Assembly (NCBI GenBank): GCA_965221695.1
Contig: OZ244905.1
Coordinates: 2,176,001 to 2,240,000, forward strand
Origin: Gammaproteobacteria bacterium
GTDB taxonomy: Bacteria > Pseudomonadota > Gammaproteobacteria > Eutrophobiales > Eutrophobiaceae
Length of the DNA: 64,000 nt
Direction: 5' to 3'
Below, piece by piece: positions 1 through 11,697 of the stretch (position 1 is its first letter; each line of letters begins with the position of its first letter). Position numbers and translations under genes: made by a program. Under the pieces are notes generated by a model. The model ran no database searches. It had not been told where the DNA came from and saw nothing but the letters and a program-made list of their open reading frames with translations.

Positions 1-1590
1 GTGATGGGAGTGCCGGGACATGACGCGCGGGACTGGGAATTCGCAAACAAACAGGGACTCCCGATCAAGCCGGTGATCCGCCCGAAAGATGGCGGCGAGA
101 TAAACCTGACAGCGAGCGCGTACCTGGAGCAAGGGATTCTCGAAAACTCCGGCGAATTCGATGGCCTGACCTCCGAACAGGCATTTGCTGCGATAGCGGA
201 CCGCTTGGAAGGAGCGGGGTTGGGACGGCGCAAGATCAACTACCGTTTGCGTGACTGGGGCATTTCCCGGCAACGCTACTGGGGCTGCCCAATCCCCATG
301 ATAACGGACGAAGCAGGCCGCGCCGCGCCACCGCGCGCGACGGATCTACCGGTGACTCTGCCGGAAAATGTCGAGTTTTCCGGCGTGCGATCGCCGTTAA
401 ACGACATGGACGAGTTTATCTACGCCACCCATCCTGAAACCGGATTGCCCGCGCGCAGGGAGACCGATACCTTTGATACGTTCTTCGAATCCTCCTGGTA
501 TTTTGCGCGCTTCTGTTGTGCCGACAACCATGAATCCATGCTGGATGAGCGGGCCGATTACTGGCTGCCGGTGGACCAGTACGTTGGCGGGATAGAGCAC
601 GCGGTGCTGCACTTGCTCTATTCGAGGTTTTTTCAAAAGCTGATGCGCGACTTGGGACTAACCCGACATGGGGAACCGTTCAAAAACCTCCTGACGCAGG
701 GCATGGTGGTCGCGGAGACCTTTTATCGGGAGCAGCAAGGCCGCAAGACCTATTACAACTTCAAGGACTTGGAATTCGACCGGGACGACAAAGGTCGGAT
801 CAGCGCTGCCCGGCTCAAAGCAGACAAGCAACCGGTTTCTATAGGCAAACGGGAGAAAATGTCAAAATCAAAGAACAACGGCATCGACCCGCAGGACATC
901 ATCGACCAGTATGGCGCGGACACCGTGCGCTTGTTCATCATGTTTGCCGCGCCGCCAGAGCAGAGCCTGGAGTGGTCGGATTCGGGTATCGAGGGCGCCT
1001 ACCGGTTTCTTAAGCGGCTCTGGAAATTTGCCCGCGACAACTGCCGCGCGGCGCAGGCCGATGCCGCAGCGCAGACCAGGCAACAACGGGACGCGCGCCG
1101 AAAAATCCACCAGACCATCGTCAAGGTGAACGACGACATCGGCCGGCGCTACACTTTCAATACCGCCATTGCCGCGGTCATGGAGCTGCTGAACGTGTTG
1201 AGCCGCTTGAACGAACAGTCCGCCAGCGCCGCGGCCGTGCGCCGCGAAGGACTGGAGGTCATGATCGTGCTGCTCTCGCCGATCATCCCCCATATCACCG
1301 ACGCAATCTGGTGCGCTATGGGCAAGGAGACGGCGCTCATAGACGCCGATTGGCCGCAGGCAGATGAAACGGCGCTGATCGAGGATGAGTTGCAATGGGT
1401 AGTTCAGGTAAATGGCAAGAAGCGCGCGCAGATTCTTGCCGCGCCGGACGCCAGTGAACAAAGCATACGCGCCAGTGCTCTCAGCGATGAAAATGTACAG
1501 CGGCATATCAGCGGAAAAACCGTGACCAAGGTCATAGTTGTGCCAAAACGCCTGGTCAACATCGTCGTGTCGGAGCGCGCCGCCGCCTGA
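1..1590 (+). CDS. leuS: Leucyl-tRNA synthetase, C-terminal part (5' end outside window)
   Basis: KMSKS motif, RLRDWGISRQRYWGCPIP and YVGGIEHAVLHLLYSRF; precedes lptE-holA. Confidence 0.98.
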   Translation: MMGVPGHDARDWEFANKQGLPIKPVIRPKDGGEINLTASAYLEQGILENSGEFDGLTSEQAFAAIADRLEGAGLGRRKINYRLRDWGISRQRYWGCPIPMITDEAGRAAPPRATDLPVTLPENVEFSGVRSPLNDMDEFIYATHPETGLPARRETDTFDTFFESSWYFARFCCADNHESMLDERADYWLPVDQYVGGIEHAVLHLLYSRFFQKLMRDLGLTRHGEPFKNLLTQGMVVAETFYREQQGRKTYYNFKDLEFDRDDKGRISAARLKADKQPVSIGKREKMSKSKNNGIDPQDIIDQYGADTVRLFIMFAAPPEQSLEWSDSGIEGAYRFLKRLWKFARDNCRAAQADAAAQTRQQRDARRKIHQTIVKVNDDIGRRYTFNTAIAAVMELLNVLSRLNEQSASAAAVRREGLEVMIVLLSPIIPHITDAIWCAMGKETALIDADWPQADETALIEDELQWVVQVNGKKRAQILAAPDASEQSIRASALSDENVQRHISGKTVTKVIVVPKRLVNIVVSERAAA

Positions 1591-1633
1591 TTTTCCTTGT
1601 ATCGTATTGCGTATCGCCGTATCCTTTGCGGGA

Positions 1634-2137
1634 ATGAAAATCTCTGTGTTGCATATTGTTCTATTGGTCGCAATCCTGGTTCAGGGCTGCGGTTACCATT
1701 TGCGCGGCCACAGCCCGCAGGTCAAGGCCGAAGGGGGTTACAGCGTCCACATCGACGCGCGCGCCGGCGCGCTGGCTGATGCGGTGAAATCGCAGCTCAC
1801 TGTGTCCGGCATCAGGGTGGCAGACCGTATCAAGGGAGCAGACTATGTGTTGACCCTTTCCAATGGAGAATTTGAGCGCCAGGTCGTTAGCGTGTCGCCC
1901 GAAACCGGCAAGGTTGAAGAATATCTGGTCGTTTTCAGCGCTCGCGTCAGCCTCAGCGATGCCAATGGGGAAGCGCTGGTTGCCGGCCAGGTTGTTCGGG
2001 TCAGCGGCGATTACACCTTTGATGAAGACGCTGCGCTGGGAAAATTCTCCGAGGAGGAGACTATCAGGGAAGAGCTTGTCGAACAAGCTGCCACACAGAT
2101 CATACGGCGATTGAATACGCTGGCAAACAGAAATTGA
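1634..2137 (+). CDS. lptE: LPS assembly lipoprotein LptE
   Basis: Lipobox-type LVQGCGYHLRG; leuS-lptE-holA synteny; start taken at ATG 1634. Confidence 0.92.
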   Translation: MKISVLHIVLLVAILVQGCGYHLRGHSPQVKAEGGYSVHIDARAGALADAVKSQLTVSGIRVADRIKGADYVLTLSNGEFERQVVSVSPETGKVEEYLVVFSARVSLSDANGEALVAGQVVRVSGDYTFDEDAALGKFSEEETIREELVEQAATQIIRRLNTLANRN

Positions 2138-3166
2138 ATGCGGCTGCGCTCAGAACAACTCCCGACGCATCTGAACAAAGCCAACCTGCTGCCGGTCTAT
2201 TACGTCAGCGGCGACGAGCCGTTGCAATTACAGGAAGCCGGCGACCAGATTCGCGCCCGCGCCCGCGAGCTGGGTTATGAGGAACGTATAGTCCTGGATG
2301 TGGATGGAGGGTTTGACTGGAGCCAGTTGCGGGAAGCCAGCGCCAATCTGTCCCTGTTTTCCAGCAAACGCATCATCGAACTGAGGCTGGGCGGCCACAA
2401 GCCGGGCAGGGAGGGCGGCGCGGCGCTGTCCGACTACGCAAACAACCATTACCCTGACAACCTGTTGTTGTTGACCTCAGAGCGCGTTGACAGGAAGGCC
2501 CAACAGACAAAATGGTTCAAAGCGCTGGATCAATGTGGCTGCTGTATACAGGTTTGGCAGGTAGGGCCGGCCGAGTTGCCGGGTTGGATTATCGCCCGCT
2601 GCCGACGCCGGGACAAGCGAATTGCCCGAGGCGCCGCCGAACTTATAGCGCAACGGGTCGAAGGAAATCTGCTAGCGGCACAACAAGAAATAGACAAACT
2701 GGCGCTGCTGGTGGATCAAGCTGATATTGATAGCGACGCGGCGCTGAATATGGTGGTGGACAGCGCCCGCTACAATGTGTTCGACCTGATTGACAATGTT
2801 TTTGCCGGCAAACCGGAACGCGTTTCAAGGATGTTACGCGGCCTCAGAGATGAAGGGATCGAAGCGCTCAACGTTTACGGCGCACTGATGTGGGGATTTC
2901 GCCGGGCAGCGTCTGTTTCCCATGAACTGGCCCGGGGCAAACCCAAAGAACAGGTGTTTGGCGCCCATAGGATACAGGAACGGCAAAGGAAGAGCATCAA
3001 TATGTTGTTAAGACGCTTCAGCCCGGATCGGCTGTCGGCGCTGCTGGCTGAGGCGCTGGAAATCGACAAGGCCCTGAAGGGGGTCGTCGAAACGGATAGC
3101 TGGCGCCTGTTGGAGCAATTTATGTTTGCCTTAGCCGGCTACCGGCTAAGAAAAATGACGGGCTGA
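2138..3166 (+). CDS. holA: DNA polymerase III delta subunit
   Basis: LPVYYVSGDEPL, SLFSSKRIIEL and VEGNLLAAQQEIDKL motifs. Confidence 0.96.
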   Translation: MRLRSEQLPTHLNKANLLPVYYVSGDEPLQLQEAGDQIRARARELGYEERIVLDVDGGFDWSQLREASANLSLFSSKRIIELRLGGHKPGREGGAALSDYANNHYPDNLLLLTSERVDRKAQQTKWFKALDQCGCCIQVWQVGPAELPGWIIARCRRRDKRIARGAAELIAQRVEGNLLAAQQEIDKLALLVDQADIDSDAALNMVVDSARYNVFDLIDNVFAGKPERVSRMLRGLRDEGIEALNVYGALMWGFRRAASVSHELARGKPKEQVFGAHRIQERQRKSINMLLRRFSPDRLSALLAEALEIDKALKGVVETDSWRLLEQFMFALAGYRLRKMTG

Positions 3167-3181
3167 ACAAGATCTGACAGG

Positions 3182-4438
3182 ATGAATATCCACGATTACA
3201 TGCAAACATTGGGCAAGAGCGCCGGGGACGCGGCGCGCGCTATGGCGCGCGCCGATGCAGGGAGCAAAAACGCCGCGCTGACAGCCATCGCCGAACGGCT
3301 ACTGGAACGGCGCGCGCAATTGTCCGACGCAAACCGCGCAGATCTTGCCGCAGCGCGGGAAAATCGGCTCGCATCAGCGCTGCTCGACCGTCTCGAATTG
3401 ACTCCTGCCCGAGTGAAAGCTATGGCGGATGGCCTGATGCAAGTCGCCGGGCTGGCCGATCCCATCGGGGAGCTCTCCGGGATGAATTACCGTCCGAGCG
3501 GTATCCAGGTGGGGCGTATGCGGGTCCCGCTGGGGGTGGTGGGAATCATCTACGAATCCCGGCCCAACGTTACTGCGGATGCTGCAGGGCTGTGCATAAA
3601 ATCGGGCAATGCGGCGATACTCAGAGGTGGATCGGAAGCGATCCGCTCCAATCAAGCCATCGCCGCCTGTATTGTCGACGGTTTACAATCCGCCGGCTTG
3701 CCGGGCACGACTGTACAGGTGGTTGAAACTACTGACCGGACCGCGGTCGGGGAAATGCTGGCCCTGAACGAATATATCGACGTGATCATCCCGCGTGGCG
3801 GCAAGGGGTTGATTGAACGGATCAGCAACGAGGCCAAGATGCCGGTGATCAAGCACTTGGACGGGGTGTGCCATGTTTACGTGGACAGCCATGCGGACGT
3901 GGACAAGGCGGTGACCATTGCCTATAACGCCAAGACACAGCGTTACGGCACCTGTTGCACAATGGAATGTCTGCTGGTGGCGGCAACGCAGGCCGAACCA
4001 ACGCTGGCGCGCCTTGGACCCATGTTGGAGTCGGCCGGGGTGGAGATACGCGGCGACGAACGCGCCAGGCAGATCCTGCCTGGTATAACCGCGGCAACCG
4101 AAGAGGACTACTTCACGGAGTACCTGGCGCCAATCATGTCGTTGAAGATTGTCGACGGGCTGGACCAAGCCCTTGCGCATATCGAGTATTACGGTTCCCG
4201 GCATACCGACGCCATCGTGACAGAGAATGTAAGTCACGCGCGCCGCTTTCTGGCCGAGGTCGATTCCAGCTCGGTGATGGTGAATGCTTCGACCCGGTTC
4301 GCAGACGGATACGAGTACGGTCTGGGCGCGGAAATCGGCATCAGCACGGACAAATTTCACGCCCGCGGGCCGGTCGGACTCGAAGGGCTGACTTCACAGA
4401 AGTTCATAGTTATCGGTGACGGCCATATCAGAAAGTGA
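3182..4438 (+). CDS. proA: Gamma-glutamyl phosphate reductase
   Basis: [33 protein letters not shown] and [22 protein letters not shown]. Confidence 0.98.
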   Translation: MNIHDYMQTLGKSAGDAARAMARADAGSKNAALTAIAERLLERRAQLSDANRADLAAARENRLASALLDRLELTPARVKAMADGLMQVAGLADPIGELSGMNYRPSGIQVGRMRVPLGVVGIIYESRPNVTADAAGLCIKSGNAAILRGGSEAIRSNQAIAACIVDGLQSAGLPGTTVQVVETTDRTAVGEMLALNEYIDVIIPRGGKGLIERISNEAKMPVIKHLDGVCHVYVDSHADVDKAVTIAYNAKTQRYGTCCTMECLLVAATQAEPTLARLGPMLESAGVEIRGDERARQILPGITAATEEDYFTEYLAPIMSLKIVDGLDQALAHIEYYGSRHTDAIVTENVSHARRFLAEVDSSSVMVNASTRFADGYEYGLGAEIGISTDKFHARGPVGLEGLTSQKFIVIGDGHIRK

Positions 4439-4460
4439 TTTCAGGCTCCGTGTGGATTGA

Positions 4461-5105
4461 GTGAGTAACGGGAAACCCATCGGTTTGATTGGCGGCGCAT
4501 TTGATCCGGTACATATCGCCCATATCGGCATCGCTCTGGAATGCGTGGCAGCGTTGAACCTCGAAAGGGTCGACTTTATCCCGACCAACATCCCTCCGCA
4601 TAAGGCCGAAACCCGCGCCGCGCCGCGCCATCGGTTGGCCATGTTGCGGCGCGCGTTGAGACCCTATCCGCAACTGTCAGTCAATGACCTGGAACTGAAG
4701 CGGGGCGGCATATCGTACACGATCGATACCTTGATCGCGCTACGTGCAGATGAACCGCAACGCGCGTTCTGCTTTATTCTGGGCGCAGACGCATTTGCGT
4801 CGCTGCCAACCTGGCGCCGCTGGCAGGAACTGACGGATTACGCGCACCTGGTAATTGTCAGCCGAAAGCGCCGGGGCGGGACGAATTGGGCGCCGGAACT
4901 GCAAGAGCGATACGCCGCGCGCGCCTGCGCCTCGGCGCTGGAGTTGCACACGCGCCCCAATGGCTGTATCCACAAAGCGGCGGTCTCCGTCCCGGATGTT
5001 TCATCCTCCCAGGCGCGCGCCTTGTTGAACGGAGAGCAGGACACGGAAAACATACTGCCCCCCGGTGTTCGGGACTACATCAGAGAGAACAACTTGTACT
5101 CATGA
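4461..5105 (+). CDS. nadD: Nicotinate-nucleotide adenylyltransferase
   Basis: GGAFDPVHIAH (HxGH-like), SYTIDTL, FILGADAF; proA-nadD-rsfS synteny. Confidence 0.95.
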   Translation: MSNGKPIGLIGGAFDPVHIAHIGIALECVAALNLERVDFIPTNIPPHKAETRAAPRHRLAMLRRALRPYPQLSVNDLELKRGGISYTIDTLIALRADEPQRAFCFILGADAFASLPTWRRWQELTDYAHLVIVSRKRRGGTNWAPELQERYAARACASALELHTRPNGCIHKAAVSVPDVSSSQARALLNGEQDTENILPPGVRDYIRENNLYS

Positions 5106-5437
5106 ACAATATTGCCCGTTTGATCATTGATACGATGGAAAGCCTGAAAGCCCAGGATGTACAAACACTGGATGTGCGCGCCTTCACCACCATGACTGAC
5201 TACATGATCATCGCCAGCGGGCAGTCCGACCGCCAGGTCAAGGCGATAGCCGACAAGGTTATCGAGGCGGCGAGAATCAAAAAGATAAAGCCACTAGGAG
5301 TAGAAGGACAACAGCAGGCGGAATGGATCCTGATTGATTTTGGCGATGTGATTGCCCATGTCATGCGCCCCGATACCAGGGAATATTATCAACTCGAAAA
5401 ACTTTGGTCCATGGCGCAACGCGCCGGCAACGGCTGA
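5102..5437 (+). CDS. rsfS: Ribosome silencing factor
   Basis: TDYMIIASG..RQVKAIAD, WILIDFGDVIAHVM, REYYQLEKLW; ATG overlaps the nadD stop (ATGA). Confidence 0.95.
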   Translation: MNNIARLIIDTMESLKAQDVQTLDVRAFTTMTDYMIIASGQSDRQVKAIADKVIEAARIKKIKPLGVEGQQQAEWILIDFGDVIAHVMRPDTREYYQLEKLWSMAQRAGNG

Positions 5438-5480
5438 CGATTTGGGCAAACAGTCAGCGTTGCCTTGCCGTTTGATCGGT

Positions 5481-5954
5481 TCAGAGCCGGTTGAAATAGC
5501 GTCGCAGGCAGATGCCGTAGTAGTGATCTATGATGTAATAATAAATGCCGGTCCAGCTCGGTCCGCCGTTCTCATCGGTGGGCCACCACATTTTTCTGTT
5601 CCGCCAGTAATCATGGAAGTGGCCCGCGCAATAATCGACGGTTTCCCCATCATAATTCAATTCCTTGTTGCCGGCCGCGTGTTCTGCGTCGATGTAATCG
5701 CGCAGCGCCTGTTTGTAGGCGAGGTCCAGTCGCGGCATGCCGTTCTCTTCCAGTTCGTTCCTATCAGCGCGCGCGCCGAATCGGCGCGCCAGCTTATCCA
5801 GCAACTCGAGTCTACCGGACCCGGTCTGCGCACGCTCAAAGCGTTCACAGGCCGCAGCATCGCCGGCGTTGCATTTCCTCTCCCATAACTCGAGCGCGGA
5901 GAATTCGCGTGGCGCATTGAGGACGACCAGGAAAATGAGCAAGGCTGAAGACAT
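5481..5954 (-). CDS. Hypothetical exported protein with several Cys residues
   Basis: 157-aa ORF directly downstream of hppA with a hydrophobic N-terminal signal-like segment; no family recognised. Confidence 0.6.
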   Translation of the reverse strand: MSSALLIFLVVLNAPREFSALELWERKCNAGDAAACERFERAQTGSGRLELLDKLARRFGARADRNELEENGMPRLDLAYKQALRDYIDAEHAAGNKELNYDGETVDYCAGHFHDYWRNRKMWWPTDENGGPSWTGIYYYIIDHYYGICLRRYFNRL

Positions 5955-5973
5955 GCCGCATTTGCCAGGGGCG

Positions 5974-7986
5974 CTATATCAGAGGCACGATCAACAGCGC
6001 GACGATATTGATAATTTTGATGAGCGGGTTGACTGCCGGGCCGGCGGTATCCTTGTAGGGATCGCCCACAGTATCCCCGGTTACCGCAGCCTTGTGGGCC
6101 TCGGAACCCTTTCCGCCCAGGTTGCCATCCTCGATATATTTTTTTGCATTATCCCAGGCCCCGCCGCCAGCAGTCATGGAGATGGCGACGAACAGGCCGG
6201 TAATGATAGTCCCCAACAACAGCCCGCCCAAGGCCACTGGGCCAAGTAGCTTGCCCACGATCACAGGCGCCAATACGGGTAGCAGAGAAGGAATAATCAT
6301 TTCTTTGATAGCGGATTTGGTCAACAGGTCCACGGCCCGGGAATAATCCGGTTTGCCCGTGCCCTCCATGATTCCCGGTATTTCCCGGAATTGGCGGCGC
6401 ACTTCCAGCACGACCGAGCCGGCTGCGCGCCCCACTGCTTCCATGGCCATTGCGCCGAACAGGTAGGGAATCAGCCCGCCGATAAACAAGCCGATGATGA
6501 CCATTGGGTCGGACAGGGAAAACTCCACAAGTATGCCAGCCTGTCCCAGGGCATGGGTGTAGTCGCCGAACAGCACCAGGGCGGCAAGGCCGGCAGAGCC
6601 AATGGCATAGCCCTTGGTAACGGCCTTGGTGGTATTCCCCACGGCATCCAGCGGATCGGTGATGTTGCGGATTTTCTCATCCAACTCCGCCATTTCGGCG
6701 ATGCCGCCGGCGTTATCGGTAATGGGGCCGAAGGCGTCCAGCGCGACGATGATGCCGGTCATGGACAGCATGGCGGTCGCGGCAATGGCAATGCCGTAGA
6801 GTCCGGCCAGCTCATACGCGCCCCAGATACTGGCACAGACTGCCAACGCCGGCAGCGCGGTCGATTTCATGGACACGCCGAGCCCGGCAATAATGTTGGT
6901 GGCATGCCCGGTCTCGGAGGCGGCGGCCACATGCTTGACCGGCGCGTAATCGACGCCAGTGTAATATTCCGTAATCCAGACCATGGCCGCGGTCAGGGCG
7001 AGGCCGATCAGCCCGCAACCGTATAACGCGCCGGCAGATATGCCGGCGATATCCGACATCATCCAGTTGGTGACCGGGTAGAACAGGATGGCTGCCAGTA
7101 TCCCGGCCACGAGCAAACCCTTGTACAAGGCGCCCATGATGGAGCCGCCTTCTCCCGCCCGGACGAATAAGCAGCCTATGACGGAGGCAATAATGGATGC
7201 GCCGCCCAGCGCCAGCGGATAGAGTATTACGTTTTCGCTTCCCTCGACTACCAGGCTGCCCAACAGCATGGTGGCGATTACAGTGACAGCGTAGGTTTCA
7301 AACAGGTCGGCAGCCATGCCCGCGCAGTCACCGACATTGTCGCCGACATTGTCCGCGATCACCGCGGGGTTGCGCGGATCATCCTCCGGGATGCCGGCCT
7401 CAACCTTGCCCACCAGGTCCGCTCCGACATCGGCGCCCTTGGTGAAAATGCCGCCGCCGAGGCGCGCGAAAATGGAAATCAAGGAACCGCCAAAGGCCAA
7501 CCCCACCAGGGCATGGAGGATAGTATCTGGATCTGCGCCCAGACCTTGCAGCGCGGCATAATAGCCCGCCACGCCCAGCAGTCCCAGCCCGACGACCAGC
7601 AGGCCTGTAATCGCCCCGCCCCGGAAGGCTACCGTCAAGGCCGCGTTCATACCTCGGTTGGCGGCTTCAGCGGTGCGCAAGTTGGCGCGTACGGAAATGT
7701 TCATACCGATATAACCGGCGGCGCCGGAGAACAGCGCGCCGATCAAAAATCCGAAACCGGTGTACCAGTCGAGCGCGAGCCCCAGCACGATGAACAATAT
7801 GACACCGACCACACCGATAGTTGTGTACTGGCGGTTGAGGTAGGCGGAAGCTCCCTGTTGGATGGCCGCGGCGATTTCCCGCATACGTTCGTTGCCTTCC
7901 GGCTGCGCAAGTATCCAGCGCACCGAGACGATGCCATACAAGATGGCGACAACACTACAGATCAGGGCGATGTCCAATGACGACAT
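5974..7986 (-). CDS. hppA: Membrane-bound H+-translocating pyrophosphatase (K+-independent type)
   Basis: [40 protein letters not shown]; GNTTKA (Lys form indicates K+-independent). Confidence 0.97.
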   Translation of the reverse strand: MSSLDIALICSVVAILYGIVSVRWILAQPEGNERMREIAAAIQQGASAYLNRQYTTIGVVGVILFIVLGLALDWYTGFGFLIGALFSGAAGYIGMNISVRANLRTAEAANRGMNAALTVAFRGGAITGLLVVGLGLLGVAGYYAALQGLGADPDTILHALVGLAFGGSLISIFARLGGGIFTKGADVGADLVGKVEAGIPEDDPRNPAVIADNVGDNVGDCAGMAADLFETYAVTVIATMLLGSLVVEGSENVILYPLALGGASIIASVIGCLFVRAGEGGSIMGALYKGLLVAGILAAILFYPVTNWMMSDIAGISAGALYGCGLIGLALTAAMVWITEYYTGVDYAPVKHVAAASETGHATNIIAGLGVSMKSTALPALAVCASIWGAYELAGLYGIAIAATAMLSMTGIIVALDAFGPITDNAGGIAEMAELDEKIRNITDPLDAVGNTTKAVTKGYAIGSAGLAALVLFGDYTHALGQAGILVEFSLSDPMVIIGLFIGGLIPYLFGAMAMEAVGRAAGSVVLEVRRQFREIPGIMEGTGKPDYSRAVDLLTKSAIKEMIIPSLLPVLAPVIVGKLLGPVALGGLLLGTIITGLFVAISMTAGGGAWDNAKKYIEDGNLGGKGSEAHKAAVTGDTVGDPYKDTAGPAVNPLIKIINIVALLIVPLI

Positions 7987-8094
7987 AGTATGTTCCTCTT
8001 TGAGATTAATGGTTGATAATGTAATGAAAAAACCGCATGGTAAAGCCGTGCTCCCAGTTGCTTGCGCTTAAAAGCCCAATAGTTTATCGATTCA

Positions 8095-9363
8095 TCAGGG
8101 AAGTTCAAACCCGGATGTTGTTTTTTTTGCAACTGGCGCGTTCCTGAGACGCACATAATCTGGCAAACCGTTGCGGTAAGGCGGGTAGTCTTCCCCTTGG
8201 ATCAGCGGTTCCAGGTAGGCGCGGCACGCGGGGGTGATGCCGAAGCCGTCTACGCTGATGAATTCTCTGGGCATAAACTTTTCCGCGTTGGCCACATCGG
8301 CCAAGTCCGCCTGACCGATTTCCCAGCGGTAGGGATGGTCGGAGAGGCGGGTTATGATCGGCATTATCGCGTTTTTCCCGGCCAGGGCGAACTCCACCGC
8401 GGCCGCGCCCAAGGCATAGGCCTGCTCCACATCCGTTTTCGAGGCAATGTGACGCGCAGACCGTTGCAGGTAATCGGCCACGGCCCAGTGATATTTATAT
8501 CCCAGGCCTTGTTTGACCAGGGCTGCCACGACCGGCGCCGCGCCCCCCAACTGTGCGTGACCGAACGCATCCGTGTTGCCCTGTTCCGCCAGGAAACGTC
8601 CGTCAGGCCAGCGCGCGCCTTCCGACACGACAACGGAGCAGTAATCGTGACGTTCAACACAGTCCTGCACCCGAGCAAGAAACCGTTCCTGGTCAAACTC
8701 GACCTCCGGAAACAGGATCACCACCGGGATGTCGTTGGCCTGATCCGCGGCTAGCCCGCCAGCGGCGGCAATCCAGCCGGCGTGGCGCCCCATGACTTCG
8801 AGAATAAACACCTTGGTGGATGTCCGGGCCATTGAGCTGACATCGTAGGACGCTTCGCGTACGGAGATAGCAATATATTTCGCCACGGATCCGAAGCCTG
8901 GGCAATTATCGGTGATGGGCAGGTCGTTATCGACCGTCTTGGGAATATGTATCGCCTGTATCGGGAAGCCCAATTGCGCAGACAGTTGCGAAACCTTGTG
9001 GCAGGTGTCCGCGGAGTCGCCGCCGCCGTTATAGAAAAAATACCCGATGTTATGGGCCTTGAAAACCTCGATCATACGCGCATATTCGCTCCTGCTTTCA
9101 TCCAGCCCCTTCAGTTTGTAACGGCAGGAACCGAACGCGCCGGCAGGCGTATGCCGCAATGCGGCTATAGCTTCCGGCGGCTCCTGCCCGGTGTCGATCA
9201 AGTCCTCAGTCAGCGCTCCGATGATGCCATTGCGACCGGCATAGACATTGGCGATTACGCCAGGATTGCGGCGCGCGGCCTCCAGCAAGCCGCAAGCGGT
9301 GGCATTGATCACAGCGGTTACCCCGCCGGATTGCGCGTAAAATGCGTTTTTGGCCTGAGCCAT
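8095..9363 (-). CDS. pfp: Phosphofructokinase, probably PPi-dependent
   Basis: QSGGVTAVIN, NGGGDS (Asp at the specificity position), PKTVDND, EVMGRHAGW; upstream of hppA. Confidence 0.88.
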   Translation of the reverse strand: MAQAKNAFYAQSGGVTAVINATACGLLEAARRNPGVIANVYAGRNGIIGALTEDLIDTGQEPPEAIAALRHTPAGAFGSCRYKLKGLDESRSEYARMIEVFKAHNIGYFFYNGGGDSADTCHKVSQLSAQLGFPIQAIHIPKTVDNDLPITDNCPGFGSVAKYIAISVREASYDVSSMARTSTKVFILEVMGRHAGWIAAAGGLAADQANDIPVVILFPEVEFDQERFLARVQDCVERHDYCSVVVSEGARWPDGRFLAEQGNTDAFGHAQLGGAAPVVAALVKQGLGYKYHWAVADYLQRSARHIASKTDVEQAYALGAAAVEFALAGKNAIMPIITRLSDHPYRWEIGQADLADVANAEKFMPREFISVDGFGITPACRAYLEPLIQGEDYPPYRNGLPDYVRLRNAPVAKKTTSGFELP

Positions 9364-9559
9364 TGAAAAAATACCTCCAACCCGGTGAAAAATACGGGCT
9401 TAGCAACGAAATAGCGGTAAAATGAGGTATGTTACATGCATATGCCGCGTTTCTCACTAGCCCGAGTGACGCAGCGTGCTGTCCCGTGGCGCCGTAAACG
9501 GGAACTTCGCCAAGCCGGTTAACTCGAAGATAATAGTGATCACCGTTAATACCAGCCAG

Positions 9560-11026
9560 ATGACACGAACAATAATACATCTACTACTGGCATGTTGCCT
9601 GTGCGCTCCGGTCGCAGCCGAGGTAACGACCTTGGATCTGCCTGATATCGGCGATTCAACCGGAGGGTTGCTAAGCCCGGAGTTTGAGCGGCGCCTGGGC
9701 CAGGCGTTTCTCAGCCAGGTAAGAAAACAGGCAGACATCGTCTCAGACCCGGAGATCAACACCTATATCGAATCGATTGGCTATCGGTTGGTTTCCCAGA
9801 GCGACAACAATGAGCAGCAGTTTACGTTTTTCGTTATCAACGACCCTTTGATCAATGCGTTTGCCGCGCCCGGCGGCATTGTCGGGATTAACAGCGGCAT
9901 CATCATGAATGCCGAAAACGAGAGCGAGCTTGCCGGCGTCATCGCCCATGAAATCGCCCACGTGACCCAGAAACATATGGCCAGGTCAGTGGAGATGTCA
10001 AAGAAAATGAGCATACCGACACTGGCTGCTATGCTCGGGGCGATCCTGGTAGCCACCCAGAACCCTGAGGCTGGGCAGGCCGCGCTGATGGCAGTACAGG
10101 GCGCTTCGACACAAGCGCAGATCAATTTCACCCGCGCCAACGAGCAGGAAGCGGACCGCATTGGCATCCAGTTGCTTGCGCGTTCAGGCTTCGACCCCAG
10201 CGGCATGACGGATTTTTTCAAGAAACTGCAGCAAAGCTCGCGTTTTTCTGCCCAGGCGCCGGAATTTCTCCGCACCCATCCGCTGACTACGCGCCGGATT
10301 GCTGACGCCGCGGCGCGCGCGGCAGCCTATTCCGGCGCCGCCAACAGCCACAACGAAAGCCAGAGTTTTCTCCTGGTACGGGCTAAGCTGAAAGCAAGGT
10401 CCTATGCTTCCACACAGGAGGCGGTAGATTATTTCGCCGGCCGTATTGCTGACCCGGGGCGGGCGAGTAACCGCGCTGCGGACCGTTACGGTTATATCAT
10501 AGCGCTGACCGAGGATGGAAAATATGCGATGGCGCGGGAGCAAGCGCGGCTGTTGCTGGCAAATGACCCGGAAAATATCGCATACCTGCTTGTCGCGGCG
10601 GACATCGAGGTCAGACAAGGGCATTATGATGCGGCGTTTTCGATTTTCTCAAAGGCGGAACGACTGTATCCGGACTATCGTCCGCTGATGTTGAATTACA
10701 GCAATGCGCTGTTAAAAGGCGGACAACCCTACCTGGCTCGCGATAAGCTGCGTGAGTTCGGCAGGTTCCACACCCCGGACATTACTTATTATGATTATCT
10801 GACCCGCGCCGAAGCTGAAGCCGGCGACCAAGTTGAGTCAGGTATTGCCAATGCCGAATATTATTTCCTTACCGGTGAAACCCAGGTGGCCATAGAACAG
10901 CTCAAACAAATTTTGCGACAGGGAGTTCCCCGTCCGGATTATTACCAGGCAGAACGCATTGAGGCCCGGATGGCGTTCCTGCAGGACGAGTTGCAACTGG
11001 AGCGGGACATGAAACTGAGGAAATGA
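9560..11026 (+). CDS. bepA: M48 family metalloprotease with TPR region (BepA/YfgC)
   Basis: LPDIG, INAFAAPGG, AHEIAHVTQKH (HExxH), EQEADRIG, FLRTHP; start taken at ATG 9560. Confidence 0.93.
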   Translation: MTRTIIHLLLACCLCAPVAAEVTTLDLPDIGDSTGGLLSPEFERRLGQAFLSQVRKQADIVSDPEINTYIESIGYRLVSQSDNNEQQFTFFVINDPLINAFAAPGGIVGINSGIIMNAENESELAGVIAHEIAHVTQKHMARSVEMSKKMSIPTLAAMLGAILVATQNPEAGQAALMAVQGASTQAQINFTRANEQEADRIGIQLLARSGFDPSGMTDFFKKLQQSSRFSAQAPEFLRTHPLTTRRIADAAARAAAYSGAANSHNESQSFLLVRAKLKARSYASTQEAVDYFAGRIADPGRASNRAADRYGYIIALTEDGKYAMAREQARLLLANDPENIAYLLVAADIEVRQGHYDAAFSIFSKAERLYPDYRPLMLNYSNALLKGGQPYLARDKLREFGRFHTPDITYYDYLTRAEAEAGDQVESGIANAEYYFLTGETQVAIEQLKQILRQGVPRPDYYQAERIEARMAFLQDELQLERDMKLRK

Positions 11027-11697
11027 AAACAGGCTGCCTCTGCGCCCTTGTTTTCCTGTTTGCTTGCGGCTGCGCCGCGCCAGAGTCGGGTTATTTTCCG
11101 ACCGCGCCCGGACATGAATGGACCTATGACATAAGCAGAACAAGTACGGAAAACCAAATCCCGATCAAACAAAAATCCATTGTTCGCAACTTACCGGCCA
11201 GGATGATAGATGGCATCGTCTACCACCCGAAGATATATGCGAACGGCAAAGAACATTATTTTACCCGTTCAACCCAGGGGATCAGTCACACAACCTCAGG
11301 ATTTGAGCGCACAGAACCTGTTATCGGATATCCATTGAACGTGGGCAATGAATGGAACGCCGGCTCTCGACTTTACTTGTTCGACCTGCCGAGAAAACTG
11401 GCTGGCGCTTGGGACAGGCTCAGTCGCGGCCTGGTATTGGATTACACCATTGCCAGCCTGGACGATCCTGTGGATGTGCCTGCCGGATATTTCCCCCGTT
11501 GCCTGCGTATCGACGCAGTCGGTTTCCTGGATCTGCCGCGCCGCCTCATGCTTGGCATCCGGATCATCAAGGTTGAGCAGAGCCAGTGGTACGCGCCGGG
11601 AGTCGGCCTGGTCAAGATGACCCGCAAGGAATATGCCATCCCGAATCTCTACCCAAGCGAATATACCCAGACACTTGTCTCATTCAAACGGAAGTAA
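11023..11697 (+). CDS. Hypothetical lipoprotein
   Basis: Lipobox-like FACGC; VPAGYF and WYAPGVGLVK motifs typical of DUF3108-like beta proteins; overlaps the bepA stop. Confidence 0.7.
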   Translation: MKTGCLCALVFLFACGCAAPESGYFPTAPGHEWTYDISRTSTENQIPIKQKSIVRNLPARMIDGIVYHPKIYANGKEHYFTRSTQGISHTTSGFERTEPVIGYPLNVGNEWNAGSRLYLFDLPRKLAGAWDRLSRGLVLDYTIASLDDPVDVPAGYFPRCLRIDAVGFLDLPRRLMLGIRIIKVEQSQWYAPGVGLVKMTRKEYAIPNLYPSEYTQTLVSFKRK

